From a virus (lineage: Duplodnaviria; Caudoviricetes): 64,000 nucleotides of DNA. The translations under genes and the position numbers were made by a program. Below are positions 10,398 to 21,765 of the stretch, in pieces. Under the pieces are notes generated by a model that saw only the letters and a program-made list of their open reading frames with translations, made no database searches and was not told the DNA's origin. The stretch spans positions 896-64,895 of IMG/VR virus record IMGVR_UViG_3300028581_000001; one strand, 5' to 3'. Position 1 is the first letter of the stretch. Every line of letters starts with the position of its first letter.

Positions 10398-11020
10398 AAT
10401 TGAATTGATTTAAGAAGTAAATTATTCATAACAGTTTCCTTATTAACTTGAGCTTGTTTATTTCTATGCTCAATAATAGAATCTATCTCTGACTTAGCAT
10501 CATCAATACAATCGTCCTTATCAAAATAATCACACATCCATTCATTATCTTCATCTTCTGATTCTTTAATACAAGCCATCCGAACATCTCATCTTAAGTA
10601 TGCATCAAACTCTTTGACTTCTTCTCTAAGATGTTGAATAGCTTTTAATCTTTGAGTAGACTTAATACTTGCTACTCAATATTCCTCACGTAGTTTCTTT
10701 TTAGATACATATATATATCATACCTGACCACTATCCCAAGGACAACTGAATGGTTGAGTTGCTATAGTTACTCAGCTATGTTGATACATATATACTGGTA
10801 GATAAACTACTTCTTTAACTAACAATCATTTTTCTTTTAAATGCATAGCGAAATCATCTGCAAATGAAACTCAATAACATTTCATTCGCTCATCTCATAC
10901 ATCAATATTCCTATGATTATATATCATAGTTCATAAATGATCATAGTTATCTCTAGGATTATCTGGATTATCACAATTCATATAATTAATAATCCAACCT
11001 CTATGTTCCAATGTTTCCAT
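10388..11020 (-). CDS. Conserved phage/MGE hypothetical protein (210 aa)
   Basis: NPR..HLGTM, LPVYMYQHSG, CPWDSGQVGYIY and YLRGDV motifs, recalled as recurrent in phage early regions. Confidence 0.75.
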
Positions 11021-11021
11021 T

Positions 11022-11462
11022 TTAATATTTATTAAGAAGTAAAGTAAGTTTATCAATAGAGTCACTAAGTAAATTAATAGACTCTTGACATCACAATTCT
11101 AATCATCTTAGTAATCATTGCTCGAAACATATCTCTTCAGTAGTAGACATAGCTTCAAAGTTTTCAAGCATGTCTTCTGCATTTTTAAATCACCAATCCT
11201 TAGGATTAGTTCTTCAAAGAATATTCTTACAATAATTTTTCTTATCATTCTTAACAGAAAGTTCTTGTAACAATCTTAAGTCTTCTAATAGTTTAGGCAA
11301 TAAAGTATTTATTAATATCTTATTTGACATAAGAGATCAACATACGAATTGCTCATCACTATCATTCTTCATAGCTTTATCATAAGTATATCAATAATCT
11401 TTAATTGCTTTAAGATCTTCATTGATATTTTCTGATAATGATTTAACAAATTTATTTATCAT
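11022..11462 (-). CDS. Hypothetical protein (146 aa)
   Basis: Open with TGA=Gly. Confidence 0.65.
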
Positions 11463-11700
11463 AGCTCACTTGATTAATAATACAATGATCTGCAGACATG
11501 GTTAATACTGCAGGCTTATCACAATGATTCACTCTTATTGAATCTTTATCTATCATCATCCATTCAATAGAATAATTATCATACTTATTTGATATCCTTT
11601 CACAAAGACATCATTCTTCATCTTGAAGATTAAATTCTTCTTTAGTATTAGAATATAAATCTATCTCTCAAGACTGAAAATTTAAAACAACTGTAATCAT
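11452..11700 (-). CDS. Hypothetical protein (82 aa)
   Basis: Open with TGA=Gly; follows element E. Confidence 0.6.
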
Positions 11701-11723
11701 GATATATGATTGTTAAGAAATAA

Positions 11724-11770
11724 ATACAGGGGATTTTATACCCCTGTAATAATTCAGACTTTGTAAACAA
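11724..11770 (-). promoter_or_regulatory. Hairpin element copy E
   Basis: TTGTTTACAAAG-N18-TATAAAAT with TACAGGGG/CCCCTGTA stem. Confidence 0.8.
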
Positions 11771-11773
11771 ATC

Positions 11774-11929
11774 TTATTCAAATTCTTTAACGAACCTAGA
11801 ATTACAAGAACATCATTCTGTAAAATAAGTTCTAGAATAATATTCTGATTTTTTCCCTGCATTGAATTGCGATACTGGTCTATGGTATCACATAACACGA
11901 GTATATACTTCACATCTTTGTCTCTCCAT
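11774..11929 (-). CDS. Stand-alone class III RNR (NrdD) C-terminal glycyl-radical peptide (51 aa)
   Basis: MERQRCEVYTRVMGYHRPVSQFNAGKKSEYYSR; RVxGY radical loop with Gly encoded by TGA. Confidence 0.85.
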
Positions 11930-11990
11930 ATAATATAAAATTAGTAAATAAATGGTACTAATAATTATATCAAATAAATATAGAAAGCAA

Positions 11991-13397
11991 CTACTTCTTA
12001 GTTTTCGTCTTGACCTTTATTTCTTTTGTTACATCACTAGATTTAGTGGCAACAAAAGGTGTAGCCCTTGCCATTATAACCTGAAGTCAATCACATTCAT
12101 TATCAATTATATCATAGTTCTTTTGACTAATCAATCATGCTTCATCAATTAATATGAAATCTAATCATAATTGTTTGACGAATGCTAATGATAATCTTAT
12201 CTGACATAGTAATCTATTACCTCAAGATAACTCAGTATATGGTTGTCTATTCAGCATTATCTGAAATGATTCAACTACATCTCAATTAGCTTGTGTCTTG
12301 AATAATTCTATATCAAGTCAAAGACCTTTCACTTTATCTTCAAGATCTTTAGTGAATTGTATCTTATACTTCTTAATGAATGTAAGAATTTCTTTATCAT
12401 TAAGTTCACCTAAAGCTTTGAGTTGTGCTTCCTTAATACCAAGTTCTCTCTTAGCAGATTGATATTCATTAACCATATCTTTATCCACTTGATTAGATTG
12501 TCTAAGTATCATCTGTAAGAATCATGCCTTCTGATCTATAGTCATAGGATTCAAAGGTTCAGGAACAATGTTAGTAGGTAACAATGGAATTGATTCAAGA
12601 TCAGCTAACTGTCTTTTTAATTCTTTACCTTTAGCATTGATTCATTCTACAACTTTAGTATATTTATCTGAAGATAACTCAGCTCAACAAGCAGGACAAT
12701 TCTTTTTAACATTCTTAAACTCTTCACGAAGATCTTCTATCTTTGTTTTAAGATTAGTAATGTTAATCTGATTCCTATTGTTAGTAGCAACAGCTTCATT
12801 GTTTGCTAACTGAATAGCTATACGATTACCATTGTATTTACTTTCGTACTCTCTATACTTAGATTCTATCTCTGAAGAATTATCTTCTATTGATACAGGA
12901 TTCTTTTCAAACTTAGTAACTATAGATTTGAATCTAATTATATCATCTAAGATAATATCTTCTTTACCTTTATTCTCTTTCAACCTAGCATTCAATTCTT
13001 TCTCCAGAGTTGGTGTCCATCATGGAACATTATCTTTCATGTATCATTCAAAGTCTACACCTAACAGTTTAACTAATGTTAATCTTTGTTCAGGTGTTGA
13101 CAAATTAAAGAATTCTCATGGTAGTATATATTTAATTAATGCATTAGGTTCTTGATCTAATCATATCCATAATGCTTTACTTAACATATATACTTTATCT
13201 GGAGTATGAATCTTAGCAGATCATGACGGAAGAGTTCTAAGTCAAGGATACTTCTTAGAATACAAACTCAATAATGTATTAAGTATTGTTGACTTACCAT
13301 ATCCATTTGGTTCTTCTATTAGATTAATTCATGGTCAGAATTCTCTTTCCAATTTTAATCAGAAGTCTGGATAGTTTATCTCTATCTTATTAAACAT
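11991..13397 (-). CDS. Rad50/SbcC-like ATPase (468 aa)
   Basis: Walker A EPNGYGKST, coiled coil with CPACG zinc hook, LSGG signature, FILIDEAG Walker B. Confidence 0.85.
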
Positions 13398-13415
13398 AGT
13401 TCATAAGGGTTAGTA

Positions 13416-13685
13416 TTAAAATGGAATATCTTCTGTCTCTGGTAGTAACAGATTAGCAATATCTTTCCTAGTCATCTCGAATACATCTGATCTCCATTTT
13501 CATTGCCATACAAACAATACGAGATCTTCTTCAACAGTAGCTCTAAGTGCATTTTGTTTATCATCAGCTTTATTATAATAAGTAGTAAATGCATCTCTAC
13601 TTACTATTATCAAAGGATTAACAGGATTATTAAATACCTCAAGTGTAAATCACTTATCAGGTATTGACCTAAATATCTTGTCCAT
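13416..13685 (-). CDS. Hypothetical protein (89 aa)
   Basis: WQGKWRSDVF; C-terminal EDIPF. Confidence 0.7.
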
Positions 13686-13703
13686 AATAAATTGGGTTAA
13701 AGA

Positions 13704-13750
13704 ATACAAGAGGTTTTATACCTCTTTAGTATTTCAGTCTTTGTAAACAG
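13704..13750 (-). promoter_or_regulatory. Hairpin element copy F
   Basis: CTGTTTACAAAG-N18-TATAAAA with AAGAGG/CCTCTT stem; overlaps the 3' end of the upstream gene. Confidence 0.8.
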
Positions 13751-14039
13751 ACAAGTCTATTCACTTAGATTTAAATATCATTCATATAACTAATAGATCA
13801 GGTAGAATAATATCTAACTTGATCCAGTAAGTTCAATGTGTTCAGTTATATCCATAACTGCTTCACTCATTGGAGATAGCACAATCAATCTCTACACCAT
13901 TATCTATTGTTATAGTCAATGGTTTATCAATAAACTTCCTTGCATCAAATGATTCAGGAACATTGAATGTAGCAGATATGTTTCAATCTGCTATACTCTT
14001 TGTGCTAATACCTTTTCATGGAATAAACTCTATGTTCAT
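13716..14039 (-). CDS. Hypothetical protein (107 aa)
   Basis: Open with TGA=Gly; its TAA lies in the loop of element F. Confidence 0.6.
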
Positions 14040-14185
14040 AGTTCTATTATTATTTTAGTAGATTTCATATCATCCCATAATATTGGACGAACATACTTAT
14101 GAACATATTTTCTTAATAAGTTTTGTCTTCCAGTTAATAATCTTATTAACTTAGAAGTTCTAGGTCAATGTACATATATTACCAT
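14030..14185 (-). CDS. Hypothetical protein (51 aa)
   Basis: Open with TGA=Gly. Confidence 0.45.
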
Positions 14186-14188
14186 ATA

Positions 14189-14467
14189 TTAATTATTATC
14201 GCTTTCAAATAAATCTTTTATAAATTGATTACATGCTTCAACAGAAAATCAATATTGACTATCAAAATAATCTTCTATGTATTCCATTATTTCATATAAT
14301 TCTCAACATTCTCATATATGATTACGAATAAAAGATTCTATTTCATTAGTAGTTTTAACAAATGTATTAGCATTTTCTAAAGAATTATTACTATCTTCAT
14401 AATATATTGTATATCAATCTTTTTCTTTAGTTAAATATAATTTAATAAATTCAAATTCTTTAATCAT
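14189..14467 (-). CDS. Acidic hypothetical protein (92 aa)
   Basis: Open with TGA=Gly. Confidence 0.6.
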
Positions 14468-14468
14468 A

Positions 14469-15371
14469 TTAACATTGTTTATATAAATAAAAGTTCTCAC
14501 CATTTACTTTGACTTCATCTTCATCTCAGTTCCGTCTATTAAGAAAATGTCATCTTCAGTCAGCTGTAATAGCATCTTCAACGAATTCATCAAAATCATC
14601 TATTAATCTAATGACTGCTGCATTTCATCATTCACATTTTTCTTGTATAGCTTTAAGTATATCATAAGATCAATCATCATGATCTAATGCTTTACTATGA
14701 TCTATAATAAAATCTGGATTAAAAGCCCAAGCAGATTCTTTTATTTCATCAGCACATTCTTTATCTGCTTCTTTATCTGTGCATACTAGATATTCATTTC
14801 ATTCTATATAGAATATATTATCTTTATATCATTTATCTATGTAACTTAATCATGATGTTGACACATCACAATTAATACACATAGCTAAAAGCTTGTTAAC
14901 TCATATTCAAAGTTCTTCAGCTTTAACTAATATAAAAGATTCATTTTTCATATCTTCTGTAATTTTTACAGGATAATTCTCTGCATCTTCTTGTTCTATA
15001 TTGGAACATAATGCTTCGATAGTCTTATCAAAATCACTAGGTAGATCATTGATAGTCCAACCATGTCCATATATATAAGGTTTATCTTTATATATATCAA
15101 TATATGCTGTACAGAATCTTGGATCAAATGAATCTACTTTACGTTGTATCTCTTTAGTTCCTGCATTCATACCATTCAAATGATATTCTTGCCATACACT
15201 TAATAGTTCCTCTTGATATTCTCATAGAGGTTCTATACTATCCTGACATTGACCACTATCTCACGACATAGTAAATTCAGGATATCAATTCCTGTAAGTA
15301 ATTTCAGCTTTGATATTCCATAGCTTTCAATTCTTATCATGGAATTTAACTTTTCGAATTAGTTCTTTCAT
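14469..15371 (-). CDS. Conserved phage hypothetical protein, probably two domains (300 aa)
   Basis: GQC..W..YHLNGMNAGT N-domain; YLVCTDKEAD..WAFN..ADGRGHFLNR(CGG)NGDE C-domain. Confidence 0.75.
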
Positions 15372-15483
15372 TTTAATTGTGGATTATTTAAATAAAGTAT
15401 TTCTTTTTGTATAGCAATAACTCTCTCACTTAATGTTGCCCATTCCTGCAATAATTTATTAATCTAATCTTGATTATTCATAG

Positions 15484-17898
15484 TTAATGTTTAACATATA
15501 AATTTTCAAATGTAGTACAACGAGAAAGTCATACATACAAAAGTTCTTTTGACATTCACTTAATATATGTTAAGCATACATTATCTAGTGAAAGTCATTG
15601 ACTATTATGTGAAACAAATCATTGACATACAAATGAATGATCTCATTCAATTTCTATATCATATGTATTTCTAATTCATATATTTTCTATAGAAACTATT
15701 TTATCATAATAGAAATTATTATCTAATGTTTTATTTAATACTTTTAATATAAATCATTTTGATCTAGCAAATGAATCTAAATATATACATTGTTTATAAG
15801 AAAGATTTTTATATCTTAAAATAGCTTTAAGTTTTTTATCTTTATTATATCACAATCATTTAATACATTCTTTAAATTCATCTATTATTTTATTTCTATT
15901 AATAACAAAATCAATACTAGATTTTCATTTAGATATAAAATTAATTAATCTATCTTGTTTATATCAAACATTAAATCATAAATATTTATTGAATAACATA
16001 ACATTTATTCAAGTTATATTTAATACATATGCTTGATTATGTTTATCTGAATATTTATTTAATTTATTAATATAACTTACTATTCAGAAATCTAATAATA
16101 AAAGTTTAATCTTATTAATTAAATCTTTTGAAATAGATACATATCTAATATTTCAATTCTTAGAAATAGATCAATCAGTATCAAATAATCATTTAAGTAC
16201 ATTAGATTTTATTAATCAATTAGATTTGAAAATTCAATCTGGTATTGTTTTATCTTTTCATGTACAATAATCTAATCATATTGTATATAATAAATCTCTA
16301 AACATTTTAGAAGTAAATATAATTGACTTCGCTTTATTATCTTTTTTTCATTTTAATAAATAATTAATTCAAAAATTAGATAATAATTCACAACTACTAT
16401 TTAATATATGTTCATCCATAGAAGTTATATCAATTCTTCAATCATCTTTATAATTATAAGATCAATCTCAAATTAAAACTCAAATGAAATATGCGAAATT
16501 ACTATCTATATATTTTGTTATATATATATCTTTAGATCTATTTCATAAATCTGGTTTGTGTAATTCAATATCATTTCAATCTAAATTAATAGTTCTATTC
16601 ATTATAAGATAATCTCATATATTTAATTTTCAAGATTCAATATATTCGTTTGTATGATTTAATACTGATAATAATCTATGTTCTTTAGTAGTAATAATTT
16701 CTCATCATGATTGTGTAGTTATTTTAATAACTTCTTTTTCTCATGTAAATTCTTTTCATATTACTTTCTTAAAAGAAAATCAAGTATCAACAGTTTGTCA
16801 TAGTTGTATATCTTTAATTGCAAATAATCAATCAGTTGTTTTTACTAATTGATTTTCTTCAATACATTTATGGATTGTCATAGCCCATGAAAGTTTCAAT
16901 GGTATCTGATTATAAGTACCAATAGTTATTTCTGTAGTTCAATCATACTGAACTTCTTTCCATTCTTCATAACCTATCTCAAAGTTACAATCGAATCTAT
17001 CAGAATGAATCTCAACTGTATTGGAATTACATTTAACTACAGTTCAAAGATCACCATTGACTAATCAATTCTGTAAGTTCTTAGTAACCATAATTCTACA
17101 TCATTCTTTTAAATATAGTTCTTCTGGTGTAATACAGTTCTTAGAATTGAACTTACCATATATATATCATTTGTAAATATATTCTTTTGCTTTAACAGTT
17201 TCAAATCTTTTCTTATTAAAAGCATCTACCATATTATTAAATGGCATTAAGTGAACACTATGCTCATCTCAATATCATCTATTGAAATCATATATTGAAC
17301 CCATTTTATTATCTCTAATATTATTAAGTAGTTCAACAAAAGTATTATCTTTTTGTCTACGTACTTTAATTAGATTAAGTTCTTTGAATCAACTATAACA
17401 AAATGCATGATCGAATGTCAGCTTTCAATACTTAGTAACAAGATCTTCTATCTCATTCTTATCCTGTTCTGTGAAACTACCATACACAGGTGGCAATTGA
17501 TTTGGATCTCATACTAATATCATCTGTATTCAACCAAAAGCTTTCTTATTTCATCTCATTTTCTGAAGTAAGTAATTAATATAATCCAGATAGTCTGGTC
17601 CAACCATTGAGATTTCATCAATTACTATTGTATCTATCTCTGGCCAATCAACACTCTGTTGTTTGATGGGCTTATTATGTAAGTAGTTACCGAACATCTT
17701 AAATGTAGAATGAATAGTAGCTCATCATATATTTATTGCTGCAATTCAAGTAGGTGCAACTACTATTACATTCTTTCATTTAGCTCTACTTTGTTTAATG
17801 AATTCCTGAGTTGTATATGTTTTACCAGTTCATGCTTTCCCTGTAAGAAAACAATTAACTCAACTTAACATATGTTCAAGTGCTTTATCTTGTGTCAT
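15484..17898 (-). CDS. Pif1/RecD-like SF1B helicase containing an intein
   Basis: FLTGKAGTGKT, APTGIAA, IDEISM, GDPNQLPP, QIPLKLSWAMTIHK|SQG, YVGLSR. Confidence 0.92.
15604..16866 (-). mobile_element. Intein (421 aa) with LAGLIDADG homing endonuclease
   Basis: Starts CIEENQLV, ends YDIEIEGDHSFVCQGFVSHN before Ser+1; GVLIGDGS and GLFDTDGS motifs. Confidence 0.92.
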
Positions 17899-17906
17899 AA
17901 TGTTAT

Positions 17907-18434
17907 TTAGGTTAAATCAATTAAATCAAATTCTTTACTTGTATAAACATCTTTACTAGATACTAATTCAAATACTTGTTTTAAATCTAGATTTGGATTA
18001 AGTAAATGCATTCAATCAACATAATAAGATCAACTACCAACTGAACAGAAGTCAGCTATCAATGAAACTTCAGTAGGTATAAATCTATATCATTGTTCTT
18101 TAATAATGAAAGCTGTATCTTTCTTATAATGAATAAAGATAATAATAAATTCAAAATCAGTTGGACATATTTGTTTTAGTCTTGATTGTATCTCATATAA
18201 CTTCTCATCATGAGTAAACTCAGGATTAGAAATTATCTTACCTATTGATGTCTTAAGCATTCAAGGTATTATCTTAGGTCCTGATGTTACTATATATATA
18301 GCTTCATCATAGTCTGTAAGTTCTCTAAATATTTTTAGAATCTTTACATTAGTATCATCAATTCAAACATGTCATCATGTTCATCTTTTATCGGCAGCTA
18401 TATACTTGCCTTTCTTATATATCCCTGTTGTCAT
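17907..18434 (-). CDS. Ntn-hydrolase (HslV/proteasome beta-like) protein
   Basis: MTT N-terminus, IAADKRGTGG, SVGSGS. Confidence 0.7.
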
Positions 18435-18996
18435 TGTTAAGCAATGTTAGAAAGTAATCTTTTAATTCAATAAACAATTCTAAGTATCAAGTAGTAACAA
18501 CTTCAAATTTGTAATCGTTCTTATCAAGATATAAGATTCCAGATTTAAGTCAGTTCAAATATTCATATCATCATCATTGTATGAAATATTTTTTACTCTT
18601 AGTCTTAGGTTTATAGTCTATGTTCATATCAGTATCAATAATCGATCCTATGTGTGCCATAAGATCAATGGTTCATTGTATATCTTTTTTAAAGTTCACC
18701 TCTTGTCCAATGATTGTTACATCATAAAGAGTGTGGAACTTCATAATCTGTTTATGTACTGTGTCAGATTCTCAATTAAAAAAGTCCTCAGATTCTTTAT
18801 GTGTTATTGTTCATCTTATGCGAGCTGTCTCTAAAGCACCTGCATGATTCCTTTTAACATATTCAAATCAAGGATCTTGTATTAATTTAAGAATAGTAGT
18901 TACTGATGGCAATCAATCTTGATACCTATCCCAATTACTAGGTAAGGTATCAAGTAGTGAATAACCATTGTCTTCACACCATTGCTTTAATCTCAT
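18415..18996 (-). CDS. PD-(D/E)XK exonuclease
   Basis: PSVTTIL, RGT..H, GTIDL, IDYK, QxxxY. Confidence 0.8.
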
Positions 18997-18998
18997 TG

Positions 18999-20063
18999 TT
19001 AAAAGTCAGGAGTAGATAAGTCAACTTCAAATACTTCCTTAGCAGTATCTTCGAATGGAATATCTGGCATAGCTTCAAGATCTGCTTTCGTCAATTCTCA
19101 AGTAGATAATGCAGGTTGACTAATAACTGTAGTAGCATCAGATCAATTAAGAAGAACTTGATTAGGAGAACCCATTCATCAGAATACAGATTTGAAATGT
19201 TCAAATTGTAATTCTTCAATGAATTTCTTATCTTCTCTGTTATCACCTCATCTAAGAACTACTAGTCAACTATACTCAAACTTAGGCATGAAGTTCTTTT
19301 TCTCATTCTGTTCAATAGTAAGTTTCAGATCTACCTGCGAATCATCAACTTTATTAACAGTTCTCTTACCATTATATGTTAGAACTTCATTAAGAGGAAT
19401 AAGTCATTCACTTACTGCATACTCAAATGTGCCTGCATCAGGTTCACATACTGATCAATCTCTGAATGTAACTCATAGATTTCTAGTAGCAGTAAAGAAT
19501 CTAAAGAACTCTCAATCATATGTTCATCATACAAACTGACCATAGACTACAGCTCATTCAGATAGAAGTGAACCATCAAATGGTTTTCATTCTCTATCTT
19601 TCTTCCTATCATAGAATTGATTATCTCTACCATTTAGAGTTCTAGCTTTAATCATAGCTTTGAAATCTTCTTTACTGAAGAATCATAATGATTTTCCTTT
19701 TGCTGCTAAACCAATTGTATCTGTCTTCTTAAGATACTTTCCATACTCATTCGTATAAAAAGTAATCTTCTCGTTAGCAACAGTACCATTATCCAAAATA
19801 GGATAGATATGTCAGCTATAGAAATAACGAACAGATAAAGGATTAAACACAATAGGACCATCAATGAATTCTTCAACTCAAGTATTAGCTACTTTGAGTT
19901 TAAACTTTCAAGCTTTATCTTCCTCGATAGGATCACCTATTCTTGGATTATAAATCTTAAGTGTATGAATACCATCCATAACTGAGGAGAATCCTTTCTT
20001 ATCAAATTCGACAGCTTGGTCAAGCATGCCTGTACTAACATTGGCAACAGCCTTATCATTCAT
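18999..20063 (-). CDS. Putative single-stranded DNA-binding/annealing protein (354 aa)
   Basis: Beside exonuclease and helicase; acidic tail DIPFEDTAKEVFEVDLSTPDF. Confidence 0.5.
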
Positions 20064-20143
20064 AAAAATGTAAGTTAATAAATAAAATACTTAACTCTAT
20101 TAAGAGCTAACGAATGCCATCAATAGATAGCAAACGTCAGATA

Positions 20144-20518
20144 TTAATCTCACATAAGAAAGTTTATCCGAACATCCATTTCAACATCATAATTATTTTT
20201 TGATTTCCAATATAAATCATTTATTTCATCCCGATAAATATCCCATATTTTTCTTGTTACTTTATATTCTAATGAAATATCAGCATGATATATTTTCATT
20301 TGAATTAATCAATCAGATAGACATTCAGGATCAGAATATTGATTTATATTATTTTCTTTACAATATTTTCTTAACCCTTTCCAATCAATAGAATCTCTAA
20401 ACATTTTATATTCTATTTCTGGAATAATTTTTAATGGTACAACATTAGCAATAAAACATTCTGTTTCGTCAAAATATTTTTCTTGTAATAAAACATACTT
20501 ATCTATTAATTCTTGCAT
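20144..20518 (-). CDS. Hypothetical protein (124 aa)
   Basis: Track ORF extended through TGA; two CGG codons. Confidence 0.65.
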
Positions 20519-20535
20519 ATAAATATAGTTAAATA

Positions 20536-20581
20536 ATACAAGAGGTTTTATACACTTTATTAAAGAAAACTTTGTAAACAG
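20536..20581 (-). promoter_or_regulatory. Hairpin element copy G (imperfect stem)
   Basis: CTGTTTACAAAG-N17-TATAAAACCTCTTG. Confidence 0.65.
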
Positions 20582-20583
20582 AA

Positions 20584-20820
20584 CTAAAGCTCCAACTTTG
20601 TATAATCAATTCAAGCTTCTTTTCATTTCTGAAATCTATCTAGAAGTAATGAATTGATATGATTGTAAATAATATCTTTACTTGCTCATACATAAATTAA
20701 TTGTATTTGAGCATTAATATAAAATTGTTCTTCTTCTGTTAGAACTATTTTATGTTCTTCCATTTCTTCTTGTGTGAAGGAACATCTGTTACCTTCATCA
20801 TCTACTTCTCTACATCACAT
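20584..20820 (-). CDS. Hypothetical protein (78 aa)
   Basis: Open with TGA=Gly. Confidence 0.6.
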
Positions 20821-20832
20821 AGTTTTATATAG

Positions 20833-21651
20833 TTAATAAAATAATTTAATTAATTTTCTTTCTTCAACTATTGGATCTCTAATTGATTTTTGTTTATGAA
20901 ATAAATTATGACAATTTATACAAAGATGAATTATATTATTTATATGATGTAAATTTTCATGTTTAGGTTTTTCACTTCTAAAAATAATATGATGATGTTC
21001 CCATCTTAATGAATTATTAGTTCAACAATATTGACAAAATCTATATCAATATTTTGATTCCATTTCTTCATTTTGAATTTTACAATTTTTAATAAACTCA
21101 TTTCTTTTATAATGATGATCAAAATTATTATTTCATTTTTTATACATTCAATTTCTATATGCAGGATTATTTTCTCAAATCCTTTGTTCTTTTAATAATA
21201 TTAACTGACATTCTTTTGAACATGTTTTAAGTTTTGTTCTATATCACTTAAATTCTTTTCAACATTTTATACAAATTAAATTATATCTTAATTTTTTTGA
21301 ATTTAATATATATCTTTCTTTATGTTTTTCATAATCAATCTTGGCAAATTCTTTTTTCTTTTTATATAAATTTTCTTTATATATAGGATCATTTAATTTT
21401 TCTTTTAAAAGATTTCTTCATCTTGCTAATTTACATATATGAAAAGAACAAGTTAATTGATTATGTACTTTTTTTATAAACTCTTCTCAACATATAATAC
21501 ATTTGTGTCAATCTCTTTCATATACTTTACGTATAGTATCTGCATCTAACTTACGTACAGTATTATGTCAAGAGGTTTTATACCTCTTGATTTTGATTGA
21601 CTTTGTAGGCTTGGCGAATTTAAAGTCAACGTATGAATCTGTATTGTTCAT
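20833..21651 (-). CDS. HNH endonuclease with zinc-finger repeats (272 aa)
   Basis: VYERDGHKCIICG, CxxC..TCS repeats, CQYCG..EHHHII..NIIHLCINCH. Confidence 0.8.
21567..21610 (-). promoter_or_regulatory. Hairpin element copy H (inside HNH coding sequence)
   Basis: CCTACAAAG-N18-TATAAAA with 8-bp TCAAGAGG/CCTCTTGA stem. Confidence 0.7.
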
Positions 21652-21763
21652 ATACTTTATGAAAGTTAATTCTATTATGTCTATATGCTAGGTAACAATC
21701 GAATGAGCAACATACATCTCAATCCATTCTTACAAACTTTTTATTACAAGTTTTACACTTCAT
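21620..21763 (-). CDS. Small zinc-finger protein (47 aa)
   Basis: MKCKTCNKKF..CCSFDC. Confidence 0.6.
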
Positions 21764-21765
21764 TG

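Noticed and set aside
18415-18996. Cas4 as a sign of a CRISPR system
   Set aside because: It lacks the Fe-S cysteines and fits an ordinary phage PD-(D/E)XK exonuclease in a replication cluster
5355-21610. Dispersed repeats as a CRISPR array or as terminators
   Set aside because: Copies are 0.4-7 kb apart with genes between them, stems vary, there is no U-tract and no cas genes
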